This document shows positions 40,422-49,487 of a DNA stretch of 64,000 nucleotides, piece after piece (positions within the stretch are counted from its first letter, which is position 1; each line of letters opens with the position of its first letter). The position numbers and the translations under genes are program-made. The notes beneath the pieces are model-generated. The model worked only from the letters and a program-made list of their open reading frames with translations, was not told the origin of the DNA and made no database searches. The DNA lies in the NCBI GenBank assembly GCA_040003315.1, contig JBDUCU010000002.1, positions 5,832 to 69,831 of the forward strand, in the 5' to 3' direction. The DNA comes from Burkholderiaceae bacterium. GTDB lineage: Bacteria; Pseudomonadota; Gammaproteobacteria; Burkholderiales; Burkholderiaceae_F.

Positions 40422-40509
40422 GTTGCAGTAATGTCCGTCGCAGTGGCAGACGAATGAACCTTACCTTTCCGCGCGTTCTTTTTGAAGCAGCCCAGCATCA
40501 CGGACTTCA

Positions 40510-41142
40510 GTGAAGCCTAATCCCTCAGATCTGCAGCAGATTTCCATCGACACGCTGCTTCATTATCAGCAGGGTGCCGAGGACTTTCGCGAGGGCACGC
40601 GCGACCATGACGTCAGCCAGAATGTCGACGCGCTGCTGCGCCATATTGACGGCGCAGCGCCTTACAGCATCCTGGACTTCGGATGTGGGCCCGGTCGCGA
40701 TCTGAAGACGTTCAGCTCGCTGGGCCATGTTGCGATCGGTCTCGAGGGAGCCACGGCCTTTGTCGAGATGGCTCGGCGCGATACCAGTTGTGAAGTCTGG
40801 CACCAGGATTTTCTCGAGCTGGATTTGCCAGAAGCACGGTTCGATGGCGTGTTCGCAAATGCGTCGTTGTTTCACGTGCCGTCGCGGCAGCTGGCGCGCG
40901 TGCTGCGACAGTTGCATCTGACGCTGAAGCCGCGCGGCGTGCTGTTCAGCTCGAATCCGCGCGGTGCCAACGAGGAAGGATGGAACCGCGGACGCTACGG
41001 TGTGTATCACGACCTCGACACGTGGCGGCGCTATATGACCGAAGCGGGCTTTATCGAGCTCGAACACTACTATCGGCCGGCAGGACGGCCACGCGCCGAG
41101 CAGCCATGGCTTGCGAGCGTGTGGCGTCGGTCGGCATCATGA
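40510..41142 (+). CDS. Class I SAM-dependent methyltransferase
   Basis: SAM motif I ILDFGCGPGRD and post-I/II pattern FDGVFANASLFHV. GTG start. Confidence 0.8.
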   Translation: MKPNPSDLQQISIDTLLHYQQGAEDFREGTRDHDVSQNVDALLRHIDGAAPYSILDFGCGPGRDLKTFSSLGHVAIGLEGATAFVEMARRDTSCEVWHQDFLELDLPEARFDGVFANASLFHVPSRQLARVLRQLHLTLKPRGVLFSSNPRGANEEGWNRGRYGVYHDLDTWRRYMTEAGFIELEHYYRPAGRPRAEQPWLASVWRRSAS

Positions 41143-42556
41143 CCGTTCTTTGCTGATCCGGCTCGCTGTCGAGCGTCAAGAACACATTGTTCAGTCCCTC
41201 GGCAAGCGTCGGGTGCGCAAAGATCGCCTCTTTCAGTGCTGTGTACGGCAGCTTGCCCATCATTGCGATCTGCAGCATGGACATGATTTCGCCGCCCTCG
41301 ATGCCGAGCACCGTGCACCCCAGGATCTGATCAGTCTTCGCATCGACGATGACTTTGATCATTCCGCGTGACTCGTTCATTTCGACTGCGCGCGCGACGC
41401 CGTTCATGCCCATCTTGGCGATACGGATGTCGAGGCCGCGTTTGCGCGCTTCTGTTTCGTTCAATCCCACCTGAGCGAGCTGCGGATCGATAAACGTCGT
41501 GTTCGGTACCAGACGATCTCCAAGTCGCGCGTTAAGCGTGTGCAACCAACGATCGCGCACGATGCGATAGTCGTCGTACGAGATGTGCGTAAATGCAGGG
41601 CCGCCCTTGACGTCGCCCAGCGCGTAGATACCGGCTACTGTGGTTTGCAACGTCGAATCGACAATCACGAAACCGGACTTGTCGACTGCTACGCCGGCGG
41701 CAGAGAGGCTGAGAGATTCGGTGTTCGGCTTTCTGCCGATCGCGACCAAAAGATGCGAGCCTGTCACCGAACGCGCGCAGCCTTCGCACTGATAGTGAAC
41801 GGTGATATTGCCGGCGTCATTTCGCTCGACGCGTGCCACTGCAGAATCGGTGTCGACGCGAATACCGTCTTCCTCGAAGATCTTGCGCACGGCATCCGAG
41901 ACATCGAGGTCCTCGCGCTCCACCAGGCGCGCGCCACGCTGGACGATCGTGACTTCGGAGCCAAAGCGGCGGTACATCTGCCCGAATTCGAGCCCGATGT
42001 AACCGCCACCAATCACGACTAGATGCTGTGGAACTTCAGCCAGCTCCATCACCGACGTTGAATCGAGGTATGGCACCGACGCAAGCCCGGGGATCGGCGG
42101 CAATAACGGCCGCCCGCCAGTGTTGATGACAATCTTTCCTGCACTCAAGCGGCGAGACCCGCCGTCATTTAGTTTCACTTCAACTGTGGCCGCGTCGATG
42201 AACGACGCTGTGCCGAACAGCAACGACAGGTTCTTGGTGCGCTCAAGTTTATCTGTGCTGTAGTTGCCGAATCGCTCGACGATCGCACGCTTGATTGCTC
42301 GCACCGCTGTCATGTCGACGCTGACATTCGGGGCTCGCACACCATAGTCGCCTGCACGCCGCGCGAGATACGCGACCCGGGCGCTAGCGACCATGGTTTT
42401 GGTCGGCGTGCAACCGACGTTGACACAAGTGCCGCCGACGTGCTCGCGCTCGATCAGCGCAGTTGCCCACCCTGCGCTGGCGAGATCAGCGGCCAGGGGT
42501 TTACCTGCCTGGCCACTGCCGATGATGATCGCATCGAAGCTCTCCGCTGCGCTCAT
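41051..42556 (-). CDS. Pyridine nucleotide-disulfide oxidoreductase (mercuric reductase/dihydrolipoamide dehydrogenase-like, redox-active CxxxxC)
   Basis: FDAIIIGSGQAGKPLA FAD site, redox centre GGTCVNVGCTPTK, second Rossmann VVIGGGYIGLEFG, and a dimerisation domain with HPTLAEG. It carries a C-terminal extension of about 40 aa. Confidence 0.87.
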   Translation of the reverse strand: MSAAESFDAIIIGSGQAGKPLAADLASAGWATALIEREHVGGTCVNVGCTPTKTMVASARVAYLARRAGDYGVRAPNVSVDMTAVRAIKRAIVERFGNYSTDKLERTKNLSLLFGTASFIDAATVEVKLNDGGSRRLSAGKIVINTGGRPLLPPIPGLASVPYLDSTSVMELAEVPQHLVVIGGGYIGLEFGQMYRRFGSEVTIVQRGARLVEREDLDVSDAVRKIFEEDGIRVDTDSAVARVERNDAGNITVHYQCEGCARSVTGSHLLVAIGRKPNTESLSLSAAGVAVDKSGFVIVDSTLQTTVAGIYALGDVKGGPAFTHISYDDYRIVRDRWLHTLNARLGDRLVPNTTFIDPQLAQVGLNETEARKRGLDIRIAKMGMNGVARAVEMNESRGMIKVIVDAKTDQILGCTVLGIEGGEIMSMLQIAMMGKLPYTALKEAIFAHPTLAEGLNNVFLTLDSEPDQQRTVMMPTDATRSQAMAARRVAVLPADSSVRAR

Positions 42557-42699
42557 GCGATGCCCTTGAACGCTGCCGCGTTCAGAGAAATCAAGCGGCG
42601 GTGAATCTCGACCGCGGCCGCTAAGTATCGGATCTGCGCCGCCCTGACCTCCGGGAGCGCACCGCGGAGCGCTTCGGTCTGCTCGTTTTCGGTATTCAT
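42553..42699 (-). CDS. Unannotated small ORF (48 aa) translationally coupled to the oxidoreductase
   Basis: My translation: MNTENEQTEALRGALPEVRAAQIRYLAAAVEIHRRLISLNAAAFKGIA*. SD GGGGGAG is upstream. Its TGA overlaps the downstream ATG (ATGA at 42553-42556). Confidence 0.4.
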   Translation of the reverse strand: MNTENEQTEALRGALPEVRAAQIRYLAAAVEIHRRLISLNAAAFKGIA

Positions 42700-43039
42700 C
42701 AATCTCCCCCTGGCACGTACTGTTCTGCGGAGCGCGTAGTCAGCACCGCGGCTTAGTCATTGGGCCGAATGAAATCTTGCGGCGCGCACGCCAAAAAAAT
42801 TGTCGGCGAGCGATGTAAGAAGGACGGCGCAGCGGCGACGCGGAATTAGCTCACATCGCCCAATGCCGACGATCAAACCTGCATTTCGCCGCACCGCTGG
42901 ATTTTCTTACAAGCATTTTGCCAAAATGTTTACGCGACGCGTGAAAGTTCTGCAACGGATGCCTGACTAAACGGTCACGCAGCGGCTCGGCAATTCGCCA
43001 GCGGCGCGCCATAACCCATCAATCACGAGAGGATAAAGG

Positions 43040-43546
43040 ATGAACAACAAATCCAATTTGGAGTCCACGTGGCGCCGCGTCGGTGTTGCTGCTCTGCTGG
43101 CCAGTGCACTTTCGGTAGTTGCCCCCACCGTTGTGGCCGGCGAATGCCCGGCCGACAAACGCGTTGCCGATGGCCAGGGCCAGAAGGACGCCGGCCATAA
43201 GGCCAAGGGCGTGACCGACGTCGTTCGCTCCTCGACTGATCTGAGCAAAGAAGCCCCGATGCTGAAAGATCGGCTGTTCCGTTTGCGCCAGCTCGATATT
43301 GCACCGGGTGGCATCGTTCCGTTCCACAGCCACGACGAGCGGCCGGCGCAGATCTACATTGTCAAGGGCACGATCGTCGAATACGCGACCAACTGCGCGG
43401 TGCCAATTACGCACATGGCCGGCGATGTTGCGACGGAAAAACGCGGCGTTTCACACTGGTGGCAAAACAACACGAACGAGCCGGTATTGCTGATTTCCGT
43501 GGACATCCTGCATGACACGGCTGGCGCCGATAAAAAGATGATGTAG
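43040..43546 (+). CDS. Secreted cupin-domain protein
   Basis: Signal peptide ...VGVAALLASALSVVAPTVVAG. Cupin_2 core IAPGGIVPFHSHDERPAQIYIVKGTIVEY...GVSHWWQN. Confidence 0.7.
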   Translation: MNNKSNLESTWRRVGVAALLASALSVVAPTVVAGECPADKRVADGQGQKDAGHKAKGVTDVVRSSTDLSKEAPMLKDRLFRLRQLDIAPGGIVPFHSHDERPAQIYIVKGTIVEYATNCAVPITHMAGDVATEKRGVSHWWQNNTNEPVLLISVDILHDTAGADKKMM

Positions 43547-43574
43547 CAGTGGGCCCGGCCTTCCCGCCACGGGG

Positions 43575-44807
43575 ATGCCTGGCGAGGACGATGACATGCT
43601 CACCTACCTGCGATTTCAGGCCGCGCCTGCCATGAGACAACAACACGTTCCAGCGAGTCGCGCATGGCTGCGCACGCTGGTGATCGGTTTGACCGCGTTC
43701 CTGACCCTGGTCGATCTGTTCGCCACGCAGGCGATCTTGCCGACGCTTACGCGCTTCTATCAAGTCAGTCCCGCAGCGATGGGGTTCGCGGTCAATGCCA
43801 GCACGATCGGCATGGCGGTCGCAGGCCTGGTGGTCGCGTTCTTCAGTCGACGCATCAACCGCAGGCTCGGCATTTTGCTGAGCCTCGCGTTGCTTTCGAT
43901 TCCGACCGCGCTGCTGGCTATCGCTCCTGACCTGACCAGCTTCACCGCATTGCGCATCGTGCAGGGTGTGTTCATGTCGACCGCGTTCACGCTGACGCTG
44001 TCGTACTTGGCTGAACAGTGCAGCATGCGCGACGCGGCCGGTGCCTTCGCGGCGTACATCACGGGCAACGTCGCGAGTAACTTGATCGGGCGCCTGGTGT
44101 CGGCCGCGCTCGCCGATCATCTCGGGCTGGCGGCGAACTTCTACGTGTTCGCCGGCTTGAATCTCGCCGGTGCGGTGCTGGTGTACTTCAGCCTCGGCCG
44201 CACTACGCCGATGGCGGTAGAAGGCGGGCACCACACGCAGCTTGCGATCTGGGCCGAGCACCTGCGCAACAAGTCGCTGCGGGTCGCGTTTGCGCTCGGC
44301 TTTCTGATCCTGTTCGCATTCCTCGGCATCTTTACGTACGTCAACTTCGTGCTGGCGCGCGCGCCGCTGGCACTGGCGCCGATGTCGCTCGGTATTGTCT
44401 ACTTTGTTTTCCTGCCGTCGATCTTTACCACGCCGCTCGCGGGGCGCGCGGTGCAACGCTTTGGTACGCGCAACACGCTGATCGGATCGCTGCTGGTGGC
44501 GGGTGCCGGGTTGCCGCTGCTGGTGTTGCCCAATCTCGCTGCGGTTCTGTTGGGCATGGTATTAGTCGCGGTCGGTACGTTCTTTGCGCAAGCAACGACA
44601 ACAGGGTTCGTCGGCCGCGTGGCAACGACAGACCGTGCATCGGCGAGCGGCATTTATCTCGCCAGCTATTTCTTCGGCGGATTGGTCGGCGCCGCCGTCT
44701 TGGGTCAGATCTTCGATAGCTTCGGCTGGGCTGCAGCGGTGAGCGGCGTCGGCGCTGCACTTGTGATCGCCCTTGGGCTGTCGTTCCGCATCAAGTCGGT
44801 GGATTGA
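43575..44807 (+). CDS. MFS transporter
   Basis: About 12 TM helices and an MFS fold pattern. The start is uncertain (alternative ATGs at 43596 and 43632). Confidence 0.83.
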   Translation: MPGEDDDMLTYLRFQAAPAMRQQHVPASRAWLRTLVIGLTAFLTLVDLFATQAILPTLTRFYQVSPAAMGFAVNASTIGMAVAGLVVAFFSRRINRRLGILLSLALLSIPTALLAIAPDLTSFTALRIVQGVFMSTAFTLTLSYLAEQCSMRDAAGAFAAYITGNVASNLIGRLVSAALADHLGLAANFYVFAGLNLAGAVLVYFSLGRTTPMAVEGGHHTQLAIWAEHLRNKSLRVAFALGFLILFAFLGIFTYVNFVLARAPLALAPMSLGIVYFVFLPSIFTTPLAGRAVQRFGTRNTLIGSLLVAGAGLPLLVLPNLAAVLLGMVLVAVGTFFAQATTTGFVGRVATTDRASASGIYLASYFFGGLVGAAVLGQIFDSFGWAAAVSGVGAALVIALGLSFRIKSVD

Positions 44808-44814
44808 TTGCGCC

Positions 44815-45168
44815 ATGTCCCTGCATGAATTTGTCGAACTGGCGGGCAGCGCCGCGGAGATTGCCGGCGTGGTGCTCATCGTCGGTGGATTGCTGGTGGC
44901 GAGCGCGCGCTATGTTTTTCCGTCGCGCGCCGCGGGCGCCTCGCGCTATCAGAGCTATCGGCAGGACCTTGGCCGCGCGATTCTGCTGGGACTCGAAGTC
45001 CTGGTCGCCGCGGACATCGTACGCACGGTCGCCTTTACGCCGACCATGGAAAGCGTGCTGGTGCTGGCAATGATCGTCGCGATCCGGACGTTTCTGAGTT
45101 GGAGCCTCGCGCTCGAGCTCGAAGGCCGCTGGCCCTGGCAGCGCGCAGTCGCCGAAATTTCACGTTAA
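44815..45168 (+). CDS. DUF1622-type small membrane protein
   Basis: MSLHEFVELAGSAAEIAGVVLIVGG...LGLEVLVAADIVRTV...IRTFLSWSLALELEGRWPWQ matches the DUF1622 pattern as I remember it. Confidence 0.62.
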   Translation: MSLHEFVELAGSAAEIAGVVLIVGGLLVASARYVFPSRAAGASRYQSYRQDLGRAILLGLEVLVAADIVRTVAFTPTMESVLVLAMIVAIRTFLSWSLALELEGRWPWQRAVAEISR

Positions 45169-45199
45169 AAAATCGAATCATTCATCGGGGAGAAAAAGA

Positions 45200-45679
45200 A
45201 TGTTCATTCGTATCGCTAAATTGAGCTTCGCCGCGCTCGTGGCGTTCGCGGCATTTTCGTCGGGCGCGAGGGCGCAGGTCGGTGCCGACGGCATCGTCAA
45301 GGTAAAAAGTGCGTACTCGGTGCCGGAGTCGGTCACGCGCATCAAAAAAGACATCGCCGACAAGGGCATCATGTATTTCTCGACCATCGATCAGGCCGAG
45401 CTGGCGGGCAATGCGGGCATCAAATTGCGGCCGTCGTCGCTGCTGATTTTCGGTAACCCGCCGCTCGGCACCACCTTTATCACCGCCAAGGGCGAGGCCG
45501 GCCTCGATTGGCCGGTGCGTCTGCTGGTGCAGGAAGACGCGCAGGGCCAGGTGTGGGCGATCTACACCGACTTCGGTTGGATCGCGCGGCGTCATGGCAT
45601 TACGAATCGCGAGACGCAGTTTGCGAAAGCGACCGAGGTGATCGCGTCCATCACATCGAGTGTCGCCGAAAAAAAGTAA
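45200..45679 (+). CDS. DUF302 domain protein with signal peptide
   Basis: Signal MFIRIAKLSFAALVAFAAFSSGARA. LLIFGNPPLGT...GLDWPVRLLV is a DUF302 hallmark. Confidence 0.7.
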   Translation: MFIRIAKLSFAALVAFAAFSSGARAQVGADGIVKVKSAYSVPESVTRIKKDIADKGIMYFSTIDQAELAGNAGIKLRPSSLLIFGNPPLGTTFITAKGEAGLDWPVRLLVQEDAQGQVWAIYTDFGWIARRHGITNRETQFAKATEVIASITSSVAEKK

Positions 45680-45705
45680 TCAGGACATAGAAAGAGGGAA
45701 CAACA

Positions 45706-46491
45706 ATGCAGTTCAAAGGCAAAACGGCTCTGATCACGGGTTCGACCAGCGGTATCGGGCTCGGCATCGCGGAAGCCTTCGGTGCCGAAGGCGCCAATCT
45801 GATCATCAACGGGTTCGGCGACGCCAAGGAAATCGAGCAGCTGCGCCAGCGGCTGGCAGAGCAGTCCGGCGTCACCGTGTTGTACGACGCTGCCGACATG
45901 AGCAAGCCCGCGCAGATCGAAGCGATGGTTCGGCGCGGCGTTGACCAGTTCGGTGCGGTCGACATCCTTGTCAACAACGCCGGAATCCAGCATGTCGCGC
46001 CGATCGACGAGTTTCCGCTGGAAAAATGGGACGCAATCATCGCCATTAACCTGTCATCGAACTTTCACGCGATACGAGCGGCTCTGCCGGCGATGAAGCG
46101 GCGCGGCTGGGGACGCGTGATCAACGTAGCCTCTGCGCATGCGTTGGTCGCGTCACCGTACAAATCTGCCTACGTTGCAGCCAAGCACGGTGTGGCGGGA
46201 TTGACCAAGACGCTTGCACTGGAAGTCGCCGAGCAGGGGATTACAGCGAACGCGATCTGCCCTGGATACGTGCTGACGCCACTCGTTCAAAAGCAAATTC
46301 CGGATACCGCCAAGGCGCGGGGAATCAGCGAAGAAGAAGTGATCAAGAATGTGCTGCTTGCGGCGCAGCCGACGCGGAAGTTCGTCACTGTCGAGCAAGT
46401 GGCGGCACTGGCGGTGTACCTGGCATCCGAAGCTGCTACGTCAATCACTGGTGCCATGCTTCCGATCGAAGGTGGATGGACCGCACAATAA
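45706..46491 (+). CDS. bdhA: 3-hydroxybutyrate dehydrogenase (SDR)
   Basis: TGSTSGIGLGIA cofactor site, NNAGIQH, catalytic YVAAKHG, and the C-terminal tail IEGGWTAQ typical of BdhA. Confidence 0.88.
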   Translation: MQFKGKTALITGSTSGIGLGIAEAFGAEGANLIINGFGDAKEIEQLRQRLAEQSGVTVLYDAADMSKPAQIEAMVRRGVDQFGAVDILVNNAGIQHVAPIDEFPLEKWDAIIAINLSSNFHAIRAALPAMKRRGWGRVINVASAHALVASPYKSAYVAAKHGVAGLTKTLALEVAEQGITANAICPGYVLTPLVQKQIPDTAKARGISEEEVIKNVLLAAQPTRKFVTVEQVAALAVYLASEAATSITGAMLPIEGGWTAQ

Positions 46492-46505
46492 CCAGGGGAA
46501 AAGCG

Positions 46506-47714
46506 ATGCAAAAGAAAGCAAGCAAGTCAGCGACTAAGTCGGTGCGGACGGCACGCAAGTTGTCGTCACGCCGGCAGGCTGGCGTTCGCTCCGCGGGTCC
46601 CAGTGCGATGCCGCCGGGCCAGATCGTGCTCGTATTGCAAGGCGGCGGCGCTCTCGGCGCTTATCAGGTCGGCGTGTATCAGGCGCTGCACGAAGCGGGA
46701 ATCGAGCCTGACTGGGTGATCGGGACTTCGATCGGCGCCATTAATGCGGCGCTGATCGCCGGTAACTCGCGTGAGCAAAGGCTCGCGAAGCTAAGCGAGT
46801 TCTGGGAGGGCGTCGAGTGGCACCAACCGTTCGGCGCGAGCGCCGCGCTACCGTGGTGGATCGCGGGGCCGGCTTCGAATCTCAACACGGTCACCATGGG
46901 TGTGCCCGGCTTCTTCGAGCCAAATCCGAAATCGTGGCTCGGCGTACGCGCGCCGCTCGGCGTCGAAGACGCTTCGTACTACCGGACGGATCAGTTGCGG
47001 GCGACGCTCGCGCGCTTGGTCGATTTCGATTTGATCAAGCGCAGCTCGACGCGGCTGACCGTCGGAGCGGTAAACGCCCGCACGGGTGCGATGCGCTATT
47101 TCGATAGCCGACGTGAGCCGCTGCAGGTGTCGCACATCATGGCTTCCGGCGCGTTGCCGCCGGCGTTTCCCGCGGTGCGGATCGATGGCGAACCGTATTG
47201 GGACGGCGGCATTTACTCGAACACTCCGATCGAAGCCGTTCTTGACGACAATCCGCGCAAGAGCTCCACCGTGTTCAGCGTGCACCTGTGGAACCCGAGT
47301 GGCAACGAGCCGCAATCGATCTGGGACGTGCTCGGGCGCCAGAAAGAGATCCAGTATTCAAGCCGCGCAGTCAACCACGTCAACCGTCAAAAACAGATTC
47401 ACAGGCTGCGCCATGTGATCAGCGAGATGGCGAAGCACGTGCCCGAACGCCAATGCGCGACGGACGAGGTGCAAGAACTGATGTCGTGGGGCTGTCGAAC
47501 GACCGTACACATCGTGCGGTTGCTGGCGCCGCGTCTTGACGGCGAAGATCACACCAAGGACATCGACTTCACGCCGAGCGGAATCAAGGCGCGCTGGGCT
47601 GCGGGCTATACCGATACACAGGATGCGATCGCCGAGAAGCCGTGGGATTGTGTGATTGACCCCCTCGAAGGTTTGTTGCTGCACGAGCACGAGTCGACTC
47701 ACGCCGCGATGTAG
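46506..47714 (+). CDS. Patatin-like phospholipase family protein
   Basis: Oxyanion VLQGGGALGAYQVG, nucleophile elbow GTSIGA, catalytic Asp context WDGG. ATG 46506 has an SD aggggaa. Confidence 0.85.
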   Translation: MQKKASKSATKSVRTARKLSSRRQAGVRSAGPSAMPPGQIVLVLQGGGALGAYQVGVYQALHEAGIEPDWVIGTSIGAINAALIAGNSREQRLAKLSEFWEGVEWHQPFGASAALPWWIAGPASNLNTVTMGVPGFFEPNPKSWLGVRAPLGVEDASYYRTDQLRATLARLVDFDLIKRSSTRLTVGAVNARTGAMRYFDSRREPLQVSHIMASGALPPAFPAVRIDGEPYWDGGIYSNTPIEAVLDDNPRKSSTVFSVHLWNPSGNEPQSIWDVLGRQKEIQYSSRAVNHVNRQKQIHRLRHVISEMAKHVPERQCATDEVQELMSWGCRTTVHIVRLLAPRLDGEDHTKDIDFTPSGIKARWAAGYTDTQDAIAEKPWDCVIDPLEGLLLHEHESTHAAM

Positions 47715-47732
47715 CCGCTCGACGCTACGACG

Positions 47733-48557
47733 CTACGAAGGTATGGTGTTGGTCGGCCTGCGGCGTCGAACGATTTCTGCGGCCATCACGCATACCGAAA
47801 GCCACGCCAGACCGGTTGCGAAACCTGCCAGCACATCGCTGGCGAAATGCACCTGCATGAAGATACGGCTGCAGCCAACTGCGAACGCGGTTGCGATCGC
47901 CGCCAATATGATCGCCAGATGCCGGCGTGGCGGCGTCAAACGGATCAGCACGTACGCGAGCGCGCCGTATGCGGCCACGGCACCTGACGAGTGGCCACTT
48001 GGAAAGCTCCATCCGGCTGCCGTAAACAAGGTGTGGTCGTAAAGCGGACGAGCGCGCACGAAGATCGCTTTGAGTACGCGTGTCAGAATGCCGTTGCCGG
48101 CAATCGCAGCGATCCAGAACAATGCCAGGTCGTAGCGGCGGTGCCTCAGCAAGGCAAGCGCGCCTACGATTGCGGCGACCCACAACACGACGGGGCTCGC
48201 GAGAACGGTGATCGCTCCGAATGCCTGCACCACTGGCATTGGAACGCTGCGGTGGATTGCGTCGGTCAATGCCTGGTCGGCCAATGCGAGCCAGCCGTTC
48301 AGCACAATCCAGCGCGGAAGGGTTGCGAACAACAGTGCCGCTGCCAGGACCGCGAGCAGTGCGAACAACGCGATAGTTCTCAGCGCCCGAGCATTGGCCA
48401 CGTCTGGCGCACCGTCGCCGCGCATCGACTGTCGATGGACGGCGGACCGAGCGCCGCCCGCGAATAACAGCAGAGTGCTTAACGCAGTGCCGAAGGCAAT
48501 AAGCGCGTGCTCGCCGATGATCCGCGCAAGCTCCACTGCGTGCATTGCATCAGGCAT
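47733..48557 (-). CDS. PAP2-family phosphatase (membrane)
   Basis: PAP2 motifs KAIFVRARP, SFPSGHSS and SRIFMQVHFASD. ATG 48557 lies 8 nt after the upstream stop. Confidence 0.8.
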   Translation of the reverse strand: MPDAMHAVELARIIGEHALIAFGTALSTLLLFAGGARSAVHRQSMRGDGAPDVANARALRTIALFALLAVLAAALLFATLPRWIVLNGWLALADQALTDAIHRSVPMPVVQAFGAITVLASPVVLWVAAIVGALALLRHRRYDLALFWIAAIAGNGILTRVLKAIFVRARPLYDHTLFTAAGWSFPSGHSSGAVAAYGALAYVLIRLTPPRRHLAIILAAIATAFAVGCSRIFMQVHFASDVLAGFATGLAWLSVCVMAAEIVRRRRPTNTIPS

Positions 48558-48565
48558 CGGAGCCG

Positions 48566-49369
48566 TCAAAAGCTCAGCGGCTGGCTGGTGTGGAGTTCGA
48601 ATCGCGCAGACGTCGCGAGATAGTCCCAGCGCTCGACGACGCATTGGCGCGGAGAACTCGAGCCGTCGTAGCGGATCAGATTCACGGAGTTATTGATGCC
48701 CTCGCGGATGCGCGACGAGACTGACGTGCCCGCCTGCACCGTCCAGATGTCTCGCCGCAGATCTGGAAACGTGGTGCGCATCGAGTGCACGTAGGGCAGG
48801 TGAATGTGGCCACCCATGATGATGTCGCCGCCCGCCGCAGCCCACGCGGGCACAGCCTCGCGATGGCCGTCGAGCAGATTGTCTTCGTCGCTGGCGCGGA
48901 TTGCGAGCACCGGCTGATGCACGACGACGATGCGCAGTTGCGATGCACGCGCGTTACGCAAGCGCTCGGTCACCCTCGCGATCTGCTCCGGAGAAAGTTC
49001 ACCATCCTTGTGGCGGCGCGGGCGCGTCGTGTTGACGCCGAGCACCAGCAGATGGTCCGATTCGTAGTCGGGTTCCAGATTCTCCCCAAACACCGCACAA
49101 TAGTTGGCGTAAGGCGTAAAAACGCGCGCCGCGAGATTGAATAGTGGAATGTCGTGGTTGCCCGGGATCGCAACCAATGCCGACGGCTGCAGTTGCTCCA
49201 GGAATTTGCGAGCTGCCTCGAACTGGCTGGGGCGCGCACGCTGCGTAATGTCGCCAGAGAATACAACGAGCTCGGCGGGTTGCTCGCGCGCAAGCTGCAG
49301 CAAGGCCTGCACCACGGGTTGACGCTCGGTTCCGAAGTGCGCATCGGAAATCTGCAGCAGCGTCGTCAT
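48566..49369 (-). CDS. Metallophosphoesterase (calcineurin-like)
   Basis: ISDAHFG, SGDITQ, GNHD and GGHIHLPY motif series. Confidence 0.82.
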   Translation of the reverse strand: MTTLLQISDAHFGTERQPVVQALLQLAREQPAELVVFSGDITQRARPSQFEAARKFLEQLQPSALVAIPGNHDIPLFNLAARVFTPYANYCAVFGENLEPDYESDHLLVLGVNTTRPRRHKDGELSPEQIARVTERLRNARASQLRIVVVHQPVLAIRASDEDNLLDGHREAVPAWAAAGGDIIMGGHIHLPYVHSMRTTFPDLRRDIWTVQAGTSVSSRIREGINNSVNLIRYDGSSSPRQCVVERWDYLATSARFELHTSQPLSF

Positions 49370-49487
49370 TGCCTCGCAGTCTCGAGTGCGGTCAACGTCG
49401 GACTTGGGCCGGACATACTGGGCACGAAGGATTCAAAGCCGCGCAAGATAAACAAGGTCGCAGATTAACGGAACCGGTAAAAAGCCA

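Noticed and set aside
48590-48610. tRNA-like GTTCGAATC string, plus a general search of all intergenic gaps over 80 bp for tRNA or rRNA.
   Set aside because: The string lies inside the metallophosphoesterase CDS, within the rejected 5' extension of the PAP2 ORF, and has no acceptor or anticodon arms around it. No gap shows cloverleaf potential or rRNA-like sequence.
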